DNA from: an uncultured Gemmatimonadaceae bacterium
GTDB taxonomy: Bacteria > Gemmatimonadota > Gemmatimonadetes > Gemmatimonadales > Gemmatimonadaceae
Direction: 5' to 3'
Length of the DNA stretch: 64,000 bases
Assembly: GCA_963740355.1 (NCBI GenBank)
Contig: CAVUDW010000002.1
Coordinates: 1,920,001-1,984,000 of the forward strand
Shown: positions 10,540 through 19,214 of the stretch, in pieces
Numbering within the stretch: position 1 is the first letter of the stretch
How the letters are laid out: each line of letters opens with the position of its first letter
Notes under the pieces: generated by a model
Database searches by the model: none
Told to the model about the DNA's origin: nothing
The model's input: only the letters and a program-made list of their open reading frames with translations
Made by a program: the position numbers and the translations under genes

Positions 10540-13499
10540 ATCGCGACCTTTTTCACCTCGGTCTTCGCCTTCGGATCGAGCAACGGCTTGCGTGAGCGGA
10601 GATGTTCCTCCATCCGCAACCGTGGCACGCCCTCCTGCATCCACTCCGGCGCCGGCTTGCCCTGCAGGAAGTGATCGAACCACTCCTGCATGCGGACAGC
10701 GTAGTCCTTCTGGTTGATCGGACGGGCCAGGCCGTGGTTCTCGCCGACGTACTCGAGCAACACCACATCCTTGCCCAGTTCGCGCAGGGTGTTGAAGTAC
10801 GTGATGCCCTGGTTGAAGTCGACGGCACCGTCGCGATCGTTGTGCAGGATCATGAACGGGATGTGCAGGCTATCGGCAAACCGGTTCGGTGAGTTGCGCA
10901 GGTAGGCATCGGGATTGCGCGCGTAGCTGGAGCGGAAGCGCCCCTGGCTCGAGATGAAGATGCCCTGGTTGGTGCTGCCCGAGTTCCAGTAGACGGAGCT
11001 GAACATCGAGACCATGTCGGTGAGCGGTGCACCGGCGATGGCGGTCTTGAAGATGTTGGTCTGCGTGGTGACGAAGCTCGTCTGGTATCCACCCCAGCTG
11101 TGGCCCTGCAGCGCCACGTTGGCCGAATCGACGATACCGCTCGCGATGGCAGCCTTCACGGCCGGCACGACGCACCACACGGCCGAGCGGCCCGGATCGT
11201 CCAGCTTGTAGCTGATGTCCGGCATGAAGTACGCATAGCCACGCGATGTGTAGACACTGGGATTGGCGTACCGCGTGGCGTTCGGCTGCGCATAGGCGTG
11301 GAAGCCCTGCGACAACTTTTCGTAGATGTACGTCAGCGTCGGGTATTTCTTGCCTTCCTCGTATCCGGCCGGCAGGAAGAGCGCGCCCTGCAGTTCGTCG
11401 CCGTTGTTATCGCACTTGTAGTTGATGAGACGGGCGCCTGCGCTCCAGGCGACTTCGCTCTGCTGCGGGTTGGCATCGGTCAGGCGACGCTCGTTCGCAA
11501 GCCCGCCATCCGCAGCGTAGAAGTCGGGAAAGCGAACGAAGGTCTGCCGTGTGTACACCCACACATCGGCATCACGTGCGCGTCGGTAGTCGACCTTGTC
11601 GTCTTCCCACGACATCACACGCACGCCACCCTTCACGGCGTCCACCGCCACCAGTCCTTCCTTCTTGGTGCGCTCGCCGTACGTCTCGAGGAAGAGCGGG
11701 ACGCCGAGGTCGATGCCGCGCTCACGCTGCGGAATGGCAACGCGCGTCTGGTAGTGTGTGCCAGTCGACTTGCCGTTGCCGGTGATGTTGATCGCCGTGC
11801 CGCCATTCACCGGCACGCGCCACACATCCCAGTTGTCGCGCAGGAACACGGACCGCGAGTCACGCGACCAGCCGAGCGGCGCGGCGGCCGGCGGCTTCAC
11901 GACGTTGTGATCGTCCTCATCGTCCCAGAAGTTGGTGGCGATGGCCGCGGTCAGCTTGCGCGATGCCTTGGTGGTGAAGTCGTACACGCTCCACACGCCA
12001 TCGTCGTACCATGCGGCACGCAGCCCGTCAGGCGCCAGCAGCGTCGGCAGCGGGCCGCCCGGATTCTGGATGCCCTTGGCGATCAGTGCCCGCGCGCCAG
12101 TCGTGACGTCGATCGCATACAGGTCGCGCAGCTGGCGACCGTCGATGCCGGCCTGTCGCTCGTAGGGGGCCACGTCGGCGCCCAGCGCCCAGCGATCGCC
12201 ATAGCCGATGGCGACGGTGCGGATGTTGTCGTCGCTCAGCTGCACCACCTTCGGCGACGCGAGATGCCACGCGGCGACGTAGCTGAAGCTCTTGTCGGCG
12301 TTCTCCTGTACCTGCTGCTGGCTCTGCAGGCGCGGGTCCTTCCAGTGCCAGAGAATCAAAGACGGTGTTTCGTCATCCTGCCGTGCTGGGGCCACCTGTC
12401 CGCCCGCGCCAGCACCCGGCGCCGGTGCATTGGCGCCACCCGTGAGCGGGGCGCCGGTGGATGCCGGCGGTGCCGGACGCGGTTCACGCAGCCCGAAGTA
12501 GAGCACCGTCTGTGCGTCGTTCCACTTCGGTGCGCGGTCGGCGCTGACCACGGCGTTGTTGGTGACACCGGCGCTCTTCTCGTTGATCGTCACCGCCACC
12601 GGTGTGCGGGTGGCGAGGTGCGTCCAGCCAAGGATGGTGCTCAGTGTGTCTTTCGTCGCGCTGTCGGCCACCGAGCGAACGACGGCCAGTGCATCGCCGC
12701 TGTCGGCCCAGGTCAGGCGGCGGTAGAGCGCCTTTTCGCCGTCAAGCGCGCGCACCACACCGCTCGACATGTCACGCAACTGCACGCCGTTGCCAAGCTG
12801 ATCGCGCTGCTCGGTGGTGTAGGCGAGAAACTGCCCCGCCTCATCGAATGCATACTCGCCGACTGCCGCCAGCGTGATCGGTGCACCACCAGCCAGATCG
12901 ACCAGCATGACGACAGACCCGTTTACTGGCGCGGCAGGCGCTGCTGCTGCGGCGCCCGCGCCCGCCGGCGCATCGGGTGGCATCAACTGCAATGCGATCA
13001 CGTTCGAGCGATCGCCGGCGAAACGGAAGCTGCGGACCCGCTCGAACTCGCGCTTCGCTCCGGTCGCGAGCTCGATCACGCCCACCCTCGTCGGCAATGT
13101 GCGGCGATCCTTCCGCGCCTTCTTCGCTTCTTCGGCCTTCGGATAGACGGTGTAGGCGACCCAGCGATTGTTGCCCGACACGGCGACCGGCGTGCCAGCT
13201 GCCGGTCCACCTGCGGGCGGTTCACCGACGGCCACTCGCGTCTCCTTGCCCGTCGCCGACGTACCGCGAACGACGAACTCCGCATCCCCCTCGTTCGGGG
13301 CGAGGACGTACGCCATCCAGCGCCCGTCGTTCGACAGCGTGGGGAAGCGGATGCCCTTCCACGACAGCAGATCTTCCATTGTCAGTGGCCGCTTGCCTGA
13401 CGCGACCGGCGCCTGTGCCGACCCGGTGGCAGAGCAGAAGACGAGGGCCACCAGCAGGGCAGCGGCCCTGACGAAGGGGCGCGGGAGACGACCGGGCAT
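10536..13499 (-). CDS. S9 prolyl oligopeptidase-family serine peptidase
   Basis: Signal peptide, beta-propeller region, GHSWGG nucleophile, DGAV Asp and ENHG His. Confidence 0.92.
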   Translation of the reverse strand: MPGRLPRPFVRAAALLVALVFCSATGSAQAPVASGKRPLTMEDLLSWKGIRFPTLSNDGRWMAYVLAPNEGDAEFVVRGTSATGKETRVAVGEPPAGGPAAGTPVAVSGNNRWVAYTVYPKAEEAKKARKDRRTLPTRVGVIELATGAKREFERVRSFRFAGDRSNVIALQLMPPDAPAGAGAAAAAPAAPVNGSVVMLVDLAGGAPITLAAVGEYAFDEAGQFLAYTTEQRDQLGNGVQLRDMSSGVVRALDGEKALYRRLTWADSGDALAVVRSVADSATKDTLSTILGWTHLATRTPVAVTINEKSAGVTNNAVVSADRAPKWNDAQTVLYFGLREPRPAPPASTGAPLTGGANAPAPGAGAGGQVAPARQDDETPSLILWHWKDPRLQSQQQVQENADKSFSYVAAWHLASPKVVQLSDDNIRTVAIGYGDRWALGADVAPYERQAGIDGRQLRDLYAIDVTTGARALIAKGIQNPGGPLPTLLAPDGLRAAWYDDGVWSVYDFTTKASRKLTAAIATNFWDDEDDHNVVKPPAAAPLGWSRDSRSVFLRDNWDVWRVPVNGGTAINITGNGKSTGTHYQTRVAIPQRERGIDLGVPLFLETYGERTKKEGLVAVDAVKGGVRVMSWEDDKVDYRRARDADVWVYTRQTFVRFPDFYAADGGLANERRLTDANPQQSEVAWSAGARLINYKCDNNGDELQGALFLPAGYEEGKKYPTLTYIYEKLSQGFHAYAQPNATRYANPSVYTSRGYAYFMPDISYKLDDPGRSAVWCVVPAVKAAIASGIVDSANVALQGHSWGGYQTSFVTTQTNIFKTAIAGAPLTDMVSMFSSVYWNSGSTNQGIFISSQGRFRSSYARNPDAYLRNSPNRFADSLHIPFMILHNDRDGAVDFNQGITYFNTLRELGKDVVLLEYVGENHGLARPINQKDYAVRMQEWFDHFLQGKPAPEWMQEGVPRLRMEEHLRSRKPLLDPKAKTEVKKVAM

Positions 13500-13633
13500 G
13501 CAGGACTCCGGGAACGGTGTAGACGGCGAAACTCACCTGCCGCGGAGTCGACGTCAAATCAACTCGCGGGATATCCTCAGCTATCGCGGGATATCATGGC
13601 CACCGCCCGGATACGTCTCGAATCGCGATTCCG

Positions 13634-16600
13634 TTATCGGGACCGGCGCGGCTGGATGGCAGCGAGTGCATCCCGAAAGGCCTGCAGGAGCACCGCGTAC
13701 GCGGGTCGCTCCGGATCGAGCATCGTGAAGTGATTCGTCGAATCACTCATCACCACCCAGGTGCTGTCGCCCGCTGCACGCGCGCGGGTCGCGTACACCG
13801 GCATCGAGCCGGCCTCCGAGCCCAGCGTCGGCAGGCGCCAGTCGAGGCCTCCACGCACCATCGCCTGCGGAACACCAAGGGGCAGGAACTCCGACGGCGA
13901 GGCGAGCCGCCAGCGTTCGGGTTCCGCCGCGGGTGTACTCGCCAGCAGCTGTTCCAGCACGTTGCCGCCACAGATGGTGCTGATGCCGGTGTTGGCCATC
14001 GCCAGGTCACCCGGCCCGTCGATCGCGACGACCGCATCGATGCGCAGGGCGTCCTTCTTCGCGCGAACGCCGCTCGAGCGTGGCAGCTTGGGCTGCGCTG
14101 CCAGCCACAACGCGAGGTGCGCCCCCGCCGAGTGGCCGCTGGCGATGACCCTCGTCAGGTCGAGATGAAAGCGCGGCGCGAGCCGTTTCACCAGCGCCGC
14201 CTCCGCCGCCACATCCTCGAAGGTGCCGGGCCAGCCACCCCCCGGCTCATCGGCACGCCGATACGAGATCGTCCAGGTCGCAAAGCCAGCCTGTCGCAGC
14301 GCCTCCGACATCGGACGCATGTAGCGCGAATCGGCGAACTTGGTGACCCAGCATCCGCCGTGAATCACGATCGCGAGCGGATGCGGACCAGCACCGGTCG
14401 GCACCCGCAATTCAGCCACCAGGTCCTTTTCGCCAGAGCGCAGGATGACCGTGGTGTCCGGCGCAGGGACAGCGCGCTCCTGCAGCATTCCGGCGTTCAG
14501 CCGCTGGGCCAGAAGGGGAGGGCCGAAAAGGGCCGCCGACAGCATGACCGTGGCGAGGACGCCGAGTGCGCGCTTGGCAGGGTTGGGTGTGAGGAGGGCA
14601 CGCGCCCTCGCCACCAGGTCTGCGCCGTGGAATGGCTTCGGGATCACGTCATCCGGTCGGTCGGCGTCGCCCAATCCGTGCAGGATGTCATCCGCATACC
14701 CAGTCATGAGAAGTACTCGCAACCCGGGCACAATATCTCTCGCCGCGCGCGACAACTCCACGCCGCTCATCCCAGGCATCACGACATCGGAGACCAGCAG
14801 TTGTGTGTCGCGCCCATCGCTGGCCAGCCATTCCAGCGCTGACGCTGGTGTGGGCGCCGAGTGCACCTGTAGGCCAGCGCCTGACAACAGGCGCACCACG
14901 ATGCGTCGAATGGCGTCGTTGTCCTCGCACACCACGACACGCGCTTGCACGCTGACAACAGGTGCCTCGATCGCGGCTGGCTCGACGATGTCGAGCGCTT
15001 CCAGCGACCGCGGGATCCAGAGCGAAAATGCGCTGCCTTCACCGATGGTACTGGTTGCGCGGACAGTGCCACCAAGTTTGCGCACGACTGCCTGCACCGT
15101 GGCCAACCCGAGGCCGGTGCCCTGTTCACCCTTGGTCGTGAAGAACGGCTCGAAGATGTCGCGGAGCACATCGGGTGCAATGCCGACGCCGGTATCGCGG
15201 ACGGCGAGCGTCGCGTAGTCGCCAGGCGCGAGGCCGAGGCGAGCGGCCTCGTCGCCGGTCAGCGTTGCGCTTCCGGTGGTGATGCTGACCTTCCCACCCT
15301 GTGGCATGGCGTCGCGGGCATTGGCGGCAAGGTTGAGCATGATCTGCTCGAACTGCCCCACATCCAGCGCCACATTCCAGCTCTCGCCGAGATGCTGCAC
15401 CTCGATCTCGGTGTGTTCCTCCAGCACGCGCTGCAGCAGCGACGTCACGGCGTCGACCTGCGCCGCCAGCGACACCACCCGCGGCGCGACGACCTGTGCG
15501 CGCGAGAACGCGAGCAACTGCGTAGTGAGCCGCTGCGTCCGCTCGACCGTCTCCTCGATCTCGTCGAGCGCACCTGCTGCTTCCGGCGCGCCCGCGATAT
15601 GGGGGCGAAGTACATACGCCTGCCCGAGCACGATCGTCATCAGGTTGTTCACATCGTGCGCCACACCACCTGCCAGCCGGCCGATGGCTTCGAGACGCTC
15701 GGCGCGTACTCGGGCCTGCGCTTCCTGTTCCAATTGCAGCAGGTCGGTGGCCGTGGCGACGGCGCCGACCACTTCACCATTCGCGCCGCGCATCGGTTCG
15801 TAGCGCATCTCCATGCGGGTGTCTGGATCCGGTGTCAGCACGGCCACGTCCGAATGGCCGCTCAGCGCACGCTTCCAGCCTTCCGTTCGGCGCGCCATGA
15901 CCTCGGGCGTTCCTTGCGTCGGCGCCATCGGGTCGCCGCCGATGGTCAGGTGTTGCTTGGCCGACTTGACGAAGATCGCATCGGCCGCAGCGCTGAACCC
16001 GACGATGCGCCGATCGAGGTCCACGGCGAGGATGGCCTCTGGTGCCGTATCGAGGAATGACTGGAACCGGTCCGACGAACGCCGCAGGTCACTCAGCACG
16101 GCGGCCAGCAACACCGTGGAGGCGCCGATCGCACCAACATAGAGCTCAACTGCTACGAATCGTTCGAAGCCGGGAGCGCCACTCTCCGCGAAGCTGCCGA
16201 CGCCCGATGCCGTGATGGCGAGGATCGTCGCGAAGGTGATCACGGATGCCCAGGCCGTCATCCCCACGCCATAGCGATACGCGATCAGGATCAGGAACGG
16301 GACGGCGACGAGGCCGATCGGCAGGGTGATGCGCGCGACGTGTGGATGGGTCGTCACCGCGGCAATCGCACCAGCCACCGCCACGAGGGCGACCAATCGT
16401 TCGAGGAATGCCGCCCCCGTCATGCGCCGTTCGTGATGAAACCATTCGAGCGAGACCCAGAGCGCCGGCGCCAGCAGGAGGGTCATCACCAACTCGGTGA
16501 AGTACCACTGCGGTACGGCGGACGTCGCCGGCGGGCCCCCGGTGGCTGCGATCAACCATCCGCCGGCGATGGCACCCAGTGGCACGATCACGAACGTGAT

Positions 16601-16981
16601 CAACGCGGCGAACCGAAGCAGCGGACCAGTGCGGTCGAGGTGCGGGCGTGGCCCAAGCAGCGCGATCACGGCCTCGGCGCCAGCCCAGTCGATGAGCAGT
16701 CGGACGCACATGCCCAGCACCACTCCGGGACCCGACAGGCCGCTCACGAGCGCATGGGCGGCGACGTTTGCGAGCAGCGTGGTCAACGCGATCCGCCAGC
16801 GGCGTCCATCCGGCGTGCCAAGAATCGCCACCAGCCCAACGGCACCCGCGGGCCACAAGCCGGGATTGTCGTGCAGCGCCTTGCTCCATGCGAGCGAGCC
16901 AGCCTGCGCGACGAAATAGAGCACGAACGACGCGACGAAATACCATGCCTGCGTCGTGGATCGTGTCGTTTGCTTAGACAG
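13634..16981 (-). CDS. MASE1-PAS hybrid histidine kinase-receiver fused to a C-terminal alpha/beta hydrolase
   Basis: Multi-TM N-terminus, GGVAHDVNN, EPFFTTK..GTGLGL, receiver domain, then a hydrophobic segment and HGGCW/GHSAG/NHF hydrolase motifs in one frame. Start is CTG 16981 (after AGGAG) or GTG 16924. Confidence 0.85.
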   Translation of the reverse strand: MSKQTTRSTTQAWYFVASFVLYFVAQAGSLAWSKALHDNPGLWPAGAVGLVAILGTPDGRRWRIALTTLLANVAAHALVSGLSGPGVVLGMCVRLLIDWAGAEAVIALLGPRPHLDRTGPLLRFAALITFVIVPLGAIAGGWLIAATGGPPATSAVPQWYFTELVMTLLLAPALWVSLEWFHHERRMTGAAFLERLVALVAVAGAIAAVTTHPHVARITLPIGLVAVPFLILIAYRYGVGMTAWASVITFATILAITASGVGSFAESGAPGFERFVAVELYVGAIGASTVLLAAVLSDLRRSSDRFQSFLDTAPEAILAVDLDRRIVGFSAAADAIFVKSAKQHLTIGGDPMAPTQGTPEVMARRTEGWKRALSGHSDVAVLTPDPDTRMEMRYEPMRGANGEVVGAVATATDLLQLEQEAQARVRAERLEAIGRLAGGVAHDVNNLMTIVLGQAYVLRPHIAGAPEAAGALDEIEETVERTQRLTTQLLAFSRAQVVAPRVVSLAAQVDAVTSLLQRVLEEHTEIEVQHLGESWNVALDVGQFEQIMLNLAANARDAMPQGGKVSITTGSATLTGDEAARLGLAPGDYATLAVRDTGVGIAPDVLRDIFEPFFTTKGEQGTGLGLATVQAVVRKLGGTVRATSTIGEGSAFSLWIPRSLEALDIVEPAAIEAPVVSVQARVVVCEDNDAIRRIVVRLLSGAGLQVHSAPTPASALEWLASDGRDTQLLVSDVVMPGMSGVELSRAARDIVPGLRVLLMTGYADDILHGLGDADRPDDVIPKPFHGADLVARARALLTPNPAKRALGVLATVMLSAALFGPPLLAQRLNAGMLQERAVPAPDTTVILRSGEKDLVAELRVPTGAGPHPLAIVIHGGCWVTKFADSRYMRPMSEALRQAGFATWTISYRRADEPGGGWPGTFEDVAAEAALVKRLAPRFHLDLTRVIASGHSAGAHLALWLAAQPKLPRSSGVRAKKDALRIDAVVAIDGPGDLAMANTGISTICGGNVLEQLLASTPAAEPERWRLASPSEFLPLGVPQAMVRGGLDWRLPTLGSEAGSMPVYATRARAAGDSTWVVMSDSTNHFTMLDPERPAYAVLLQAFRDALAAIQPRRSR

Positions 16982-17063
16982 GGTAGCTCCTATGCTTCAC
17001 CGCAGCGGCAGCCGGCGCGTCCGGACCGTCATGTTACAAGGTGCAGACGGATTGGACAGTGCG

Positions 17064-18608
17064 CTATGCGGCGGCGGCCGCGGCGGACGCCTGACGATGT
17101 CGGGAGAATGCGGCCACCAGGTGATCACGCATGGCGCGCAGCAGCTCCTTGATCGTGTCCGAACACTCGACGGGATCCGGCCCGTTATCGAAGTACAGGC
17201 ACCCGATCAACTTGTCTTCCAGGACCAGCGGCAGCAACGCGACACAGCGCGGGCGCAGCTCGCGAAGCATGCGATCGCGGCGAAAGCTCTTGCCATCGCC
17301 GACCTCGGTGTCGATGAACACATCCTCACGAAGTTGCAGCGCCTCGCCGAGCGGGCCGAATGCCCGTTGAGGGCGAACCGCGAATGTCCGCAGCAGTTCC
17401 TCGTGGCCGACGCCCGCGCCCATGCGTCCCTTCACGACACTGAAGTCCTCCGTGCTCAGCGCCAGCAAGGAGCGACGAAAGCCAGCGCCACGCGCGGCAT
17501 CGAGCGTCGCCGCTGTCGCCGCACCGACCGTGAAGCGGTCGCCCTGCTGCCGCTGCTCGCTGAGCGAGCGGACGACCCCGCGCACCTCGGCCTCGCTGGC
17601 GCTGTCCGACTCGTTCGGCTGTGTGAGGTTGGAGACGGCGGATTCCCCCGACGTGGCCAATTCCAGCTCCAGCCGCTTCGAGGCATACCGCTCTTCCCGT
17701 GCGGCCAGCCAGCCGTCCACCGAGACGTGCATCGTGTCCAGCGTCGGCGTCGCTTCCATTCGGGCGGTCGCGACGGACTCGTGAATCACCTTCGCTTCCA
17801 CACCGAGCGCCTTGGTGTATGACTCGATCAATGGCGCGCTGTCGGGAAGCGCTCCGTCGGATTGAAGGGCACCGTACGTCAGGCGCGTGAGGTCGGCGCT
17901 GCACTGGGTGATGTGGTGCAGGCGATCGCGGGCTGTATCATCACTCGGGTCGATGCGCCGCAGCGTCTGCACCAGGTCCGCGGGCATGCCCCAGCGTTGC
18001 GCCAGCACGAGCCCGACCTGATCGAAGGTGAAGCCAAAGTGCTTCTCCTCGCTGCCGACGCCCTGCGCCCCGCCGGTGACCACGATATCGGTCCACTCTC
18101 GGTACTGTGTCGCCCGATAGCAGGCGACCAGCACCTCGCCGAGGTTGCGAAAGAGGCCGCAGAGATACGCCATCTCGGGGCGCCCGTAGCCCGCACCGAT
18201 GGCCAGTGAAAGGCTCTGGTTGGCCGTGAGCACGGAGAGCACCAGCAGGTCCTGCACGGCGGGAGCGTTCTTCTCGATCTGTTCGAACATGCTGGCAGAC
18301 GCCGAGAGGTGCTGCACTCGATCGTAGCCAAGCAACATGATCGCCTGCTTGACGCTCGTGATCGGCGTTCCGCCACCGTTGAGCGCCGAACTGGCGATGC
18401 GCAGCACCTTGGTCGTGAGGGCGACATCCCTCACGATGGCCTGCTCGAGCAGCGCGACTCGCGCTTCGAGGTCGGACGCGACCGTGGCGATGGCGCGCAC
18501 GTTTTGCACGAACGCGGGGAGATCGGTGGCTGCGCCGACGGACTGGACGAAGGCCAACGCCTCGCGCGACAGTGTGCCCTCGGCCGGCGACGATACGCCC
18601 GTGCTCAT
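17064..18608 (-). CDS. HDOD domain protein with C-terminal GAF-like domain
   Basis: DLP...DVALTTKVLRIASSA, AIMLLG, AYLCGLFRNLG, LAQRWGMP; C-terminal LLPLVLEDKLIGCLYFD. Confidence 0.85.
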   Translation of the reverse strand: MSTGVSSPAEGTLSREALAFVQSVGAATDLPAFVQNVRAIATVASDLEARVALLEQAIVRDVALTTKVLRIASSALNGGGTPITSVKQAIMLLGYDRVQHLSASASMFEQIEKNAPAVQDLLVLSVLTANQSLSLAIGAGYGRPEMAYLCGLFRNLGEVLVACYRATQYREWTDIVVTGGAQGVGSEEKHFGFTFDQVGLVLAQRWGMPADLVQTLRRIDPSDDTARDRLHHITQCSADLTRLTYGALQSDGALPDSAPLIESYTKALGVEAKVIHESVATARMEATPTLDTMHVSVDGWLAAREERYASKRLELELATSGESAVSNLTQPNESDSASEAEVRGVVRSLSEQRQQGDRFTVGAATAATLDAARGAGFRRSLLALSTEDFSVVKGRMGAGVGHEELLRTFAVRPQRAFGPLGEALQLREDVFIDTEVGDGKSFRRDRMLRELRPRCVALLPLVLEDKLIGCLYFDNGPDPVECSDTIKELLRAMRDHLVAAFSRHRQASAAAAAA

Positions 18609-18916
18609 GCGGTGGGCGCCGATGTGCCGTCGTTCGGCGTGGCGACCTCGGTCAGCAGTTGGCGGAGCGGGTTCACCCCTTGCTGGCGCAGGAATGCTGC
18701 GGCCGGTGACTCCGCAACGAACAAGGCAAAGACCGATGCCTGCGAGGCGTCATGCCACTGTTCGCCGCCACCTCGCCCCGGAAAGCGGACGAAGGTGATT
18801 CCGTCGTCCACGCGCAGCTCTGAGACGAGGCCCGAGGCGCGATCCGTGATCCGAAGCACCTTGTCGCGCGGTTCGTAGGTCGAGGTCAGCGCAAAGGTCG
18901 GAATATCGGCAGGCAT
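18605..18916 (-). CDS. Hypothetical protein
   Basis: 103-aa ORF whose stop overlaps the HDOD gene start (ATGA coupling). Confidence 0.7.
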   Translation of the reverse strand: MPADIPTFALTSTYEPRDKVLRITDRASGLVSELRVDDGITFVRFPGRGGGEQWHDASQASVFALFVAESPAAAFLRQQGVNPLRQLLTEVATPNDGTSAPTA

Positions 18917-19214
18917 GGTGCGGCGTGCGGCTGGCGAAACGGATGAATCGTGACTGGTGCCTCATGAGCTTCGGCACATGATCGCCCAGACTTCATCGAA
19001 CCCCGACAATTGCGGTGGCCAGTCGGCGTGACTGACGCGTCGGACCCGGTGCTCGCGGTCGGTAGCATGAGCTTGCTGGCAAGGTTCAGTTCGCCGTCAC
19101 CGTTGGCGGCGCCGTGATGTGTCGCGCTGTTTGTGTACGTATGTAAAGATTGTCGAGTCTCGGCTCTCCGGTCGTTCTGCCAGCCGTTCTCCCCGCCGCC
19201 TGGGCCTGGAACGC

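Noticed and set aside
11100..13400. 766-aa plus-strand ORF (and similar long antisense ORFs such as 45750-47324 and 26841-28280)
   Set aside because: Shadow frames of well-supported genes, as expected from high-GC codon bias.
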